Part shown: positions 53,501 to 64,000 of the stretch, one piece after another
How positions within the stretch are numbered: position 1 is the stretch's first letter
How the letters are laid out: the number at the start of each line of letters is the position of its first letter
Origin: Eledone cirrhosa
Taxonomy: Eukaryota
Length of the DNA: 64,000 nucleotides
Assembly (NCBI GenBank): GCA_964016885.1
Contig: OZ024744.1
Location: forward strand, 51,584,001-51,648,000
Direction: 5' to 3'
Notes under the pieces: model-generated
What the model was told of the DNA's origin: nothing
The model's input: the letters and a program-made list of their open reading frames with translations, nothing else
Database searches by the model: none
Position numbers and translations under genes: made by a program

Positions 53501-56203
53501 GCTAGCATCGAAAACGGCACTGCACTAGTTCTTCGACGCGAAACACGAAGGCTGCGTGGTCAGAAGTAAATCAAGTGCTCTAGGAAACGAAGGAGCAAAA
53601 GCTGTTAGCTGGACCCGAGTGGCGGTAGCGAAAAGTGGCAACAAGTCCACGATTCGGTCTTTGAAAACCAAAACGGACGCGGACTACTTGACCCTAGGCA
53701 ACTGTGCGCGGCCTTTCAGTGGCACTTTGCGCGACTGTTTGAGCAGATCAACGGTGCACCGAACGTGGCAATGGACTTTGGTTCATACCTCGACGGCCTG
53801 CCGCGTCTCTCGAGCATGGACGCCGAGTTCTGCGAAAGACCGATCACAGCTACTGAGATACGGGACGCTCTGGGCCGCTGCGGGAAACGCAAATCACCCG
53901 GTCTAGATGGTCTACCCTATGACTTTTACATAGGCATGTCGGACTTGTTCTCTGGCGTCCTCGAAACCGCCTACTGCAATTATCAGCAGAACGGGACAAT
54001 TCCCACTTCTGCAGGCAAGGGCGTAGTAACGCAGATCAGGAATGACGAGAACAAGGGAGACGAATTAAACAATTTCAGGCCCTTAACTCTGCTCAACACA
54101 GAGTTAAAGATTTTGGCCAAGGTGCTAGCAACGAGGCTGGCGCTTGTCGAAAACCTGGTAGGGAAAGCACAAACGTGTGCAATCCCAACCAGGTCCATAC
54201 ACGACAACCTCCACCTCATACGAAACATCATAGAGAGGGTGGGGTGTAAACCCGGCTTCGGTGGGGCTCTGATCAATTTAGATCAGTCTAAAGCATTCGA
54301 TTGGGTCGACCATCGATACTTGGAAGCGGTTCTCAAGGCGGCCGGTTTCGGTCCCGTTTTCAAAGGCTGGATCAAGGCGATGCACACCAGCATCTGCTCG
54401 AAGGTCAAGATGAACGGCTACCTATCGGAGCCATTCGCAATCACGCGTTCCATTCGACAGGGATGCCCTCTCTCCTCCATTCTGTATGTATTGACTCTAG
54501 AGCCACTACTGCGGAAGTTGGAGGTTTTGCAGGACACCCCTTTAGAACCGGGACGTCGGAAAGCGGCGTTGGCTTATGCCGACGACATAACCGTAATGGT
54601 GTCGAAAACCTCGGAAATCGAGGTAATCGTCAACCTAGTGTAGGAATACGAAAGGTTCACAGGAGCAAAACTGAACCCGGACAAGTCTGTCGGTTTGCAA
54701 CTCTGTACGGGGAGAGGAAAACCGATGCCGTCCGACAGCGTCGTCAGACGCTGGACGGAAGGACCGGTGAAATTGCTCGGGATCTGGTTCGGTCCAGACC
54801 TCCAGATGGAGAAAACCTGGAACGAGGTCATGTCCAAGGTATTTGCGCTCACTCAGAAGTGGGCAGAGTGCAAACTGTCTTTGAAAGGTCGAGCGGATAT
54901 GGCGAACACTTTCATAGCGTCCGTCATCTACTACCGCTTGACTGTCGTGCCTTGTCCCCATGAACACCTCGCCAAGATGGAACGCATGCTCTTCCAGTTT
55001 CTGTGGAAGAAGCAGGCTCCGCTGGTGAGGAGATCCGTCTGCTGTCAGCACCCTTCCAACGGAGGGCTGGGAATGCCGTGGCTGATGATGCGCAAACATG
55101 CGGTGAGCCTATAGCATCTCCAGGTATTCTTCACCGACCAACCGGTGTGGGCACCGTTTGTGTGACAGGCCTTCCCACAACTTGTCTCGCTGACGGAGCT
55201 GCAGTCCTGGGTCAAGCAAAGACCGAAGAAGATGGGCGCCTGGCACATTGAATGCGCTCAGGCGCTCACAGTCCTCTGTCAAACGGGCACAGAAATCAGT
55301 GGAGACTCCAGTTCGATATTCTATAGAGGGTTAGTACTTTTCAAGTGCGACGACCTGCTCGGGGAGACTCTATGCGTCAAAGACGATGAGCTCACAAGTC
55401 TGTTCAGTAGGACTTTCCGCCCGGCACCTATGGACAACTTCCAGTGGTCCCTGGCCTGGCAGTGCTACCGATGAGCTCTACCCGTTGGTGACAAGATCTA
55501 CAGGCACGGACGCCCTGGCAGGGATCCTTCCAAGAGGACTTGTCCAAGATGCGAGCAGGACATTGAAACCGTCTTGCACGCAATTGTACACTTCCCGGGC
55601 GTAAGCGACCTGTGGAACTATGCAGAACAACTGCTGTCGCGTATGGGACAAATCCAGTTGACTGCCGAGTCCATAGTAAGGATCAAACCGACAACCTCTG
55701 TCAATAACGAAAGAGAGGCGGTTTTCCTCTGTACAGTGGCTATGGTGAAAGAGGTTATATGGTGGACGAGATTGAGAGGACTGAGGACAGATGCCTTTCT
55801 CTCCGGACAACAATTGATTCCCTTCTTTAAGTATCACTTTAGAAGGAGAATCAGAGTGGAGAGAGAGGCACTGCACCCCAGTATATTTACTGAAAGGTGG
55901 GTGAATGAAGCGAAAATGGCCCCAGTGATTGGGCCTTCTCTGTTTATAAGCCTGTAGGTTAAAGAAGAGAGCAAAAGGAAGAAGGGAGCACTTGCACAAC
56001 ACGCTCCTGAAGTTGAGGGTTGTTCTATCGACGGGGTATTAAACAACCCATTTGTCGGGCCTCCCCACTTATTGGGGATTTCGATTGTTATAATTGTTTG
56101 TTTCAATATTTTTACACGACTGTATGTAAAATCCCCGGCATATGTCTTTGTATTGTCCCCCTTTCTTGTGCGCCCTTGTGGCAAATAAAGAAATCTATCT
56201 ATC
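50516..56203 (+). mobile_element. Full-length but decayed Tx1-like LINE copy B (ORF1 ~50823-52480, ORF2 52523-55957)
   Basis: ORF1 remnants with a CCHC knuckle (HCFRC..HLKASCP near 51625-51680). ORF2 has MADLRVGSVNVRGL, KSPGLDGLP, NFRPLTLLN, LDQSKAFD, SIRQGCPLS and AYADD. Ends AATAAAGAAATCTATCTATCT. Confidence 0.92.
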
Positions 56204-56583
56204 TGATTCTTTTTTTCAAATACCACTTTGGAAGAAGAATCAGGATGGAGAGAGAGGTGCTGTACCCCAGCAAGTTTTATGAAAGGTGGGTGAAAGTGGC
56301 GAGAATGGCCCGAGTGAATGGGCCTTCTCTCTATATCAGCCTGTAGGTTGAGGAAAAGGAGGAGGAGAGGAAAGGAGTACAAGCTCTTCGTACTCCTGGA
56401 GATGAGGGTTGCACATTTTTTTTCGGGGGTATGTGTTACCCATATAAACTGTCTCCCTCTATTGGGGAAAATCGACTAACTTTTAAATTCCATCTGTGAT
56501 AACATTTTACACGTTTTTATTGTATGTAAACTTCCCCCTTTGTATTTGTCCCCTTCTTTTGTGCCCCTGTGGCTAATAAAGAA

Positions 56584-56585
<2 letters not shown>
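56204..56585 (+). mobile_element. Tx1-like LINE copy C (3' fragment) followed by (TATC)n
   Basis: FFKYHFGRRIRMEREVLYPSKFYERWVKVARMARVNGPSLYISL* plus 3' UTR; (TATC)n at 56586-56658. Confidence 0.88.
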
Positions 56586-56658
<73 letters not shown>

Positions 56659-56856
56659 CATCAATCTATTTCTCTGTCTGTCTTTCTCAATAAATAATTA
56701 TTAGTAATTAGCCAAATAAAGCTCACTGCATTAAATACGCTAATTCTAATAAAATTAATGTTTTTTTAGTCGATGACAATGTTAAGAATATTGTGTACGG
56801 AGATTTTCTTATCAGTATTCACTGTATTACAATTGGTTGTCTCTTCTGGGAAATCA

Positions 56857-56902
56857 ATATGGCGCCGATGAGATAGGATTTGGGTGAAAATTACGCCCAT
56901 AT
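56857..56902 (+). ncRNA. Degenerate hammerhead-like motif
   Basis: ATATGGCG-CCGATGA-(weak stem II)-GAAA-AT-TA-CGCCCATAT: good stem I, U4>C change in the core. Confidence 0.4.
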
Positions 56903-57097
56903 GCTTGTCCACATGTAACGAAGAACCGGAGTCCTGAACAAAAAGTAAACTCTTTTAATTACACATGTAAATACACAAAATACACACTGACATAGAAACA
57001 CAGACACATAGAAATACGGACACACACGCACACACACACATAGACACACATAGATACATATATATGGTATTAGGATTGCCAAATATACTATACATAC

Positions 57098-57155
<58 letters not shown>

Positions 57156-57325
57156 CTGCGTGTGTGTGTGCGTGTATGTGTGTGTGTGTAGACACACATA
57201 GATACATATATATATATATAATAGTAGTAATAATATTATTATTTACTGGAGTATTCAAACTACTTTACCATTGATTGATTAATATATATATATATGGTAT
57301 TAGGATTGCCAAATATACTATACAT

Positions 57326-57391
<66 letters not shown>

Positions 57392-57469
57392 GGTAAACAG
57401 AAATAACACAATTGGTACATTATATGGAAGGAATATATTAGGTTAACGCTTGAAATAGCAGGAAGAGGG

Positions 57470-57505
57470 TCTTAACGTTTCGGACGCTAGTCCTTCATCA
57501 GAAGA
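57470..57505 (-). ncRNA. Canonical minimal hammerhead ribozyme in a Penelope-like 3' end (~57390-57700)
   Basis: TCTT-CTGATGA-A-GGAC-TAGC-GTCC-GAAA-CG-TT-AAGA, preceded on the minus strand by a pyrimidine-rich UTR-like tract. Confidence 0.88.
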
Positions 57506-57699
57506 AAGAATGAGGAATAAGATAGATTGAGAGGACGGGCGGGTTTTAAGTGGAAAAAATGTCTTTAGATTGAAGGTACTAGGGTGGGAGTGAAAAATGG
57601 GCGGGTGAGAAGAAGAAGGTGGTGTAAGAAGATTGTAGTAGAGGAAAAGTGATAGAGACTCGTGGAATATTTGAATGCAAGAGTCAAAGAAAATTTCAA

Positions 57700-57841
<142 letters not shown>

Positions 57842-58133
57842 TCACACACACATATATATATATGATGGCTGCAAACTTTGCTAAAAGTAACACAATCGCT
57901 TGTCAGATTATAGAGTTTGGTGCATATTGAGGCTACGGCCAGCCACACAAACCTGTAACGTATTCTGAAAAACCAATGCTTGCATTCGACCAATCCCACT
58001 TTCTGAGCACCGAAAACACTACCCGAAAAGGAAAACTGGTCAACATCATCGGATGCTTCCAAAGCCGCAGGTGTTTTTTTCAGAGTCAACTTATCCTAGA
58101 AAGGTGTTGACAACAACTGTGGGCCTTTCAGTC

Positions 58134-58162
<29 letters not shown>

Positions 58163-58167
<5 letters not shown>

Positions 58168-59312
58168 ATAGGAAGTGGAGAATCAATGTTGCGACGAATA
58201 CAATTTATTAGACACTAGCAGTGGTACCTGGCGTTGCACGGGATAATGTATTTTGGAACGCGGACCGCCAACAGACCTAATCGTGGAAAAACTGCATGCG
58301 TGGACAATATGTAAAGAAAATAAACCGAATACTCTGATGGCTGGATAATCTTTAAGATTTTCCTCGATGAAGCAGGAAAAATGCAGGTTTTCACCTAATG
58401 CGGGCCCTAGGGGATCAAGAAAATGAATTTTTTTATGTGCATAATATGCTTTGAAATTTCGGGAAAACCGGCTAGAAGTAACGCCTCAAAAAAGCCCTAA
58501 AAAGCTGAAAAAATGAAGTTTTTCACCTAATGTGTGCCCTAGGCCATAAAAAAGTTGGATTTTCTTTGCTCTTGGTATGAAGAAGAGACTGACTATTACA
58601 TAGTTACAATTTCAAGGAAATCAGTCTGACGTAACGACTCAAAAACCCTCACAAAACCTGAAAAAAAACGCAGTTTTTCAACTAATGCGGGCCCTAGGGG
58701 ACCAAAAAGTTGAATTTTTTATGTGCATAACACTCCCCGAAACATAAGTAATACACATGTAAAGTTTGAAAAATGTCGGTTGGGTACTTCTCGAGTTTTA
58801 GGGATTCAAACTCACAGACACACACACACAGACAGACATCCTCAGGGAAGTGAGGTAATGCAGACAGTCAGACATAGACAGATAGTATAAGGGCGCGACG
58901 TTATATGTATGTATCTATCTAAAAAGAGAAAGACTAAGAATTGCGGTCCCTAGGACATTGAAAATTTGAAATTTTGTTTGCTCTGAACACTCACGAAAAC
59001 ATAAGTATTACATGTGTAAAGTTTGAAAACAGTCGGTTGGGTGGTTCTTGAGTTTTAGGGATTCAAACTCACACCCACACAGACAGACATCCTCAGTTTT
59101 ATATATATATATATTACAATCGTTTCTCTGGCGACCAGCTCGAGGCACGATCGATGCGATGATCGAACCTGACTCTGAAATCGCAAGATGCTCAGATATG
59201 TCTCGATTCAACGAAGAATCAATCCTGCCTCGAACTGGTCGCCAGAGAAACGATTGTAATATGTCTAATAAATTTTATTCGTCGCATCACTGATTCTCCG
59301 TTTCTTATGTGA
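58163..59312. repeat. Fold-back element whose left arm is split by a Helitron
   Basis: 58163-58214 plus 59112-59150 together form the reverse complement of 59219-59312. Confidence 0.82.
58215..59111 (-). mobile_element. Non-autonomous Helitron with ~130-150-bp internal subrepeats
   Basis: A|CTAGCAGTGGTACCTGGCGTTGCACGGG terminus; inserted in GACA|TATTAC without TSD; CTAATGCGGGCCCTAGGG subrepeats at ~58395, 58526, 58682 and 58940. Confidence 0.82.
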
Positions 59313-59388
59313 CATTATACTCTGCTCTGTAAGAGCATCGAGTGCTCAAACGGCCTACCTCTTGCAGACGCTTTAAGCATCCCACACC

Positions 59389-59638
<250 letters not shown>

Positions 59639-59738
59639 TTGAGGTTGGTAATGGCACATGGAATATATAAGAGACAGAGTACTTTTTTGTGAAAAAACAT
59701 AATTTTATAAGGTAAGGAAAGAATAAAGGGTATAAAAA

Positions 59739-59781
59739 ATGACCGGTTTCGATGGGTCTGCAAAAGCCATCTTTTCAAATG
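59739..59781 (-). ncRNA. Degenerate hammerhead
   Basis: AT-TTGAAAA-GATGG-(11 nt)-CCATC-GAAA-CCGG-TC-AT: stem II, palindromic CCGG and GUC intact; CUGANGA mutated. Confidence 0.5.
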
Positions 59782-60789
59782 TTGATTAATATTAAGAAAA
59801 ATTAATAATAAGAAGAGTTAAAATTTGAGATTTGAAAATTCAATGTATATATATATATATTAAATTAATAAAATAATGAATAAAAACAAAGAAACAGTTC
59901 CTTATATTAAACATTTCATCATTTTACGATCGTTTCTAGGATATATATGTGTGTGTTGGTATGTATATCATATAGATCTATGTAAAAGTTTTACAAATTA
60001 TCAGAGGGAATATACATACCTACATATATATATGCTGTCTTCAGAAATAATTGAAAAAAACCAACAAAGATTTAATACAATAGGTCTGTTTGGGAACAGG
60101 TTTTGAATTGACCAATAGAAAAGTAGTAAGTGGTCAAGTTGATAGAATAGTAGTAGTAGAAATTTAATTTAGGGGCAGAGGAATGCAGACTTCAGTTTTG
60201 AATGGAACGAGTATTTTGAATTAAAAGATTACTTTGGGGATGAAAATAGGTCAAGCCGGTGAAAGGTACACGAAAATTTAATGTTATTAAAGAATAATGC
60301 TAATGTTAAAATCTAAGGAGAATACAATTTTACTATAAATGTGTTAGTGAAAAATAGGAATATAGATCTATAAAAAGAAATTAAATTAATTTAATTGATA
60401 GGTATATTTATAGGGATAAATTTATATTAATTCATATAGATATGATAAATAAGAGTTAGATGTTATTAAAGAATGTTGTTAAAAACGAAGGAACATTTTT
60501 TTTGGGGGGGTGGGTGGGGTGGATAAATGTATTAGTGAGAAATAACAAACTTATATAGACTACAAGGAATTTAGATTCATAACAGGAAATTAAAACAGTT
60601 TATATGTATACTTATTGCTATTCTGAGTTCAAATCCCGCCGAGGTTAACTTTGCCTTTCATCCTTACGGGGTTGATAAAATAAAGTACCAGTAATGCACT
60701 GGATAATTGCTGGCCTTGTGCCAAAAGTAGAAACAATTATTTCAAAATGTTCCTGGGAACATAATCTACATTCACATATATATATATAC

Positions 60790-60896
<107 letters not shown>

Positions 60897-60925
60897 TACA
60901 CACACCCACACATACACACACACAT

Positions 60926-60957
<32 letters not shown>

Positions 60958-61273
60958 GATATCTCATGTATTTTTGTAGACACATGATCTGCCTTGATAT
61001 ATTAGATCAATGCACTGATCAAATATATTCACCAATTGTAACCATCCCATCTTCCTCCTTTTTTTTTTATCGCAGTAAAGTGTTATTTGAGGGAGATCTG
61101 ACTGCCATTTTTAGTACGTAGATTTACGGCTTACATTTTGTATCGTTGACTCTTTGTTATTGCAGTTATTGTCTAATTAAGTTACCGATGATGTGATATA
61201 TTCTGTTTTTTTTATCTTCTCTTTTTTTAATCTTCTCTTTCGAACCAGGAGTTGTAACTATAACAATGTAGCT

Positions 61274-61672
61274 ATGACGTAGACATAACTGTGTGGTTAT
61301 GACGTAACGTAACTGTGTGGTTATAACGTAGACATAACTGTGTAGTTGAGATGAATGTATAGCTGTGTGGTTATGACGTAGACATAATCGTGTAATTATA
61401 ACGTAGACAACTTTTGTAGCATAACTTTGTAATTATGACGTAACATAACTGTGTGTTTATTACGACATAACTGTGTGGGTATGGCGCAGACATAATTGTC
61501 TAATTATGACGTAGACATAACTGTGTAGTCATGACGTACGCATAACTGTGTAGTTATGATATAGACATAACTGTGTAGTTAAAATGTAGGTATAACTGTG
61601 TAGTTATGACGTTGACATAAGTGTGTACGGAAAACGTAGGCATAAGTGTGAAGTGATGATGTAGACATAATA
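61274..61672. repeat. Degenerate 25-bp minisatellite (~16 units)
   Basis: Consensus GACATAACTGTGTAGTTATGACGTA. Confidence 0.88.
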
Positions 61673-62171
61673 ATATAATTAGGACTTGTTTCACGGTGGC
61701 GCTGCATCTGTTTAAACCTACAGTATGAGATATCTTAGCTAAGTGCTTTATTTTATAGCCTCAGATCAACCAAACACCGTGTAAAAACGTGTGAAAATTT
61801 TGCAGCCGAAAACTGTGCTGCGTAATTAATTCTTTATTGGGATCATATTTGTTCTTGGGTTGGAGAAAAATATAATCTCTCGACTAATTTAACACTATTA
61901 TTATAACTTCCCGGTTGTTGGGTGTATTTAGCAGACTACATTCCGTTGCAAGCATTCGGGTCAGAACACCTGCGTGAGGATAAATTCATTTTGTCATCTC
62001 ACCTGTGTTACTGCAGTCCATGAAAATGTGTCATTTCTTAAATCACGAATAAATAAATAGATAAATAAATAAATAGACAGATTAATTAAGTAAATAAATA
62101 TATCCATTAAATAAATAAAATAAATAATATTCCTGCAACCAAAAATGGTTATATTTTTCTCTCCAATTTAC

Positions 62172-62319
62172 CTTTCTCAGACGAGCAGCCATGATCTGAT
62201 TTTACAAAGGGGGTCAGTTGACCGGAGTCCGAGGATGTCTGATGGAAAGAGGCCCGGGAAGGGAGGTGGCTGTTGCAGCGTGTGTCTCTGGCCATTGTCC
62301 GCAGAAATGCTTTTGCCAT
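62172..62319 (-). CDS. Candidate first coding exon of an unidentified host gene
   Basis: Non-repetitive GC-rich island. AAAATGG start, MAKAFLRTMARDTRCNSHLPSRASFHQTSSDSGQLTPFVKSDHGCSSEK, ending at AAG|GTAAAT donor (phase 1). No family recognised. Confidence 0.4.
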
Positions 62320-62659
62320 TTTGTCCGCGGGGCGTAGCCGAAACACAGCCCTGACTCGGGTATAGAGTCTGTTATACTCCCTCTTCCCCCTTTCTTTCTT
62401 CCTTTGTCTTATAGCCCCTGCTCTTCTTCTCCTTTTCCTCTCATTTATGGTATTTATAGTCCTTTCCAATACTGCTTTCTTTTTCTGTATGTCTGATAAA
62501 TTTATTTTCTGTTGACAAGAAAAAAACCCCATCAAATCTTTCTTTCACACATCACACATCCTCTATGTATACATATATATATGTATATATGGATATACCA
62601 CACACACACACACATATACACACACACATATACACACACACACATATATATATATATAT

Positions 62660-62726
<67 letters not shown>

Positions 62727-63129
62727 ATGCTCCTCCACACCAACGGTGGAGGATAAAGTACAATATCAAAATTAAGGATTTCTTTTGACCAAATAGTAAT
62801 AATAATAATAAAATAATACCTATAACATCCTCATCAACATCATCAACAACAACAACAGAAATAAGTCTATCAAAAGTATTATCAAACGGAAAAGGAAAGG
62901 AAAGAAGAAAGAAAACCATCCGAAACATACCAAAAATCTAACAAAGAAACAAACAAAAACAAACAATACTAATGTCTTTAATTAAATACCGGGATAATTC
63001 CTGGACTCATATTGCACAAAGCTTACCCCTTTTTATTTACTTTTTTTCCATTTATTTTACTTGTATTGCATTTACCTATTAATCATCATCATCACCACCA
63101 CCACAACCACCACCACCACCACCACCACC

Positions 63130-63161
<32 letters not shown>

Positions 63162-63183
63162 AATCATCATCATTATTATTATT

Positions 63184-63355
63184 GTGGATTGGCAGTATCG
63201 GTAGAGGGTCGGACGCCATGCTTTGACGCATAGAGTTACGGCCCTTTCCATTCTGAGTACAAATCCCGCCGAGGTTAACTTTGCCTTTCATCCTTACGGG
63301 ATGTCAGCCCTTGATATCATCCCTTGATGTCAACCCTTGTGGCCAATAAAGAAAT
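63184..63355 (+). mobile_element. tRNA-derived SINE with a Tx1-like 3' tail
   Basis: TTGGCAGTATCGG (A box), GAGTACAAATCCC (B box), GAGGTTAACTTTGCCTTTCATCC, then CCCTTGTGGCCAATAAAGAAAT. Confidence 0.8.
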
Positions 63356-63386
63356 CATCATTATTATTATTATTATTATTATTATT

Positions 63387-64000
63387 GTTCTTTGAGTCTC
63401 AGTCATTGATGTTAGTTAACTGGAAAGTTTGTTGAAATGAATATCAAGCTACTACCTGCAGCCTCAGATATTCAGGACGTATCGGAGGGTTCTTGCTGTT
63501 CCCAGCAAGCATGCCTTTTGAAGCGTTCCAAAAAGCGTGAAGGGGCCAATTTTCTTTAACCATCCCTGGAAACTTTTTGAGATAGTCCCTAGTGCGCCTA
63601 TGACAATCGGGACCACTTTGACTTCATGGCAGTTCCAAATCCTTTTTACCTCCCACTTTAAGTCCTGGTATCGGTTAATTTTCTCCCTCTCCTTCTCTTG
63701 CACTCTCGTGTCGAATGGGCAGGCGACATCCACAATCAGGCACGATCTTTTTTCTTTGTCCCAAACCACCAGGTCAGGTCTACTGTGTTCCAGTTTCTTG
63801 TCCGTCTGTATCCTAAAATCCCACAGCACCTTCACCTGATCGTTTTCTATCACCGACTCTGGCTTATGCTCATACCACTTCTCAGAATGTGGTAAATTGT
63901 TTACTTTGCATAGGTGCCAGTGGATCACCCTGCCCATCACATCATGACTCCAGCCCTTATAGTGAGTCTGGGCTAGGTGTTTACACTCGGATACAATGTG
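63387..64000 (-). mobile_element. Dong/R4-clade non-LTR retrotransposon 3' end at (TAA)n
   Basis: ORF 63464-63940: KWYEHKPESV..LWDFRIQTDKKLEHSRPDLVV..IVDVACP..PIVIGALG..LQKACLLGTARTLR; 3' end abuts (ATT)n at 63360-63386. Confidence 0.92.

Noticed and set aside
61274-61672. Possible CRISPR array (palindromic ~25-bp repeats)
   Set aside because: Units are contiguous with no unique spacers, there are no cas genes, and the context is eukaryotic.

Overview
This is eukaryotic, AT-rich, repeat-saturated DNA. Its SINE families resemble those I recognise from octopod cephalopods (inference, not a database result). No intact host gene is visible; the only candidate is a first coding exon on the minus strand at ~62.2-62.3 kb. 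Bases 1-17.5 kb are tandem repeats: a 54-bp VNTR, a ~13-kb TGTRG pentamer satellite with an exact 3615-bp internal duplication, and (ACC/ACT)n and (GGT)n tracts. Almost all long ORFs in the supplied track there, and the YI/HT/CV ORFs elsewhere, are repeat artefacts. The 18-40 kb and 57-60 kb regions hold about 15 fold-back elements embedded in (TA)n. Many carry minimal type-I hammerhead ribozymes: 8 with intact cores and about 7 degenerate. One retains the C-terminus of a Penelope-like GIY-YIG ORF, identifying the set as Penelope-like pLTR derivatives. The 40-57 kb region is a cluster of decayed non-LTR retrotransposons: a GC-rich CRE-like RLE element with a PHD-like finger, R4/Dong-like copies in (TATG)n, and tandem Tx1-like LINEs in (TATC)n. 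Also present are a Dong-like copy at (TAA)n, an RTE fragment, three non-autonomous Helitrons and several tRNA-derived SINEs. The most notable overall pattern is that each retroelement family occupies its own microsatellite type.
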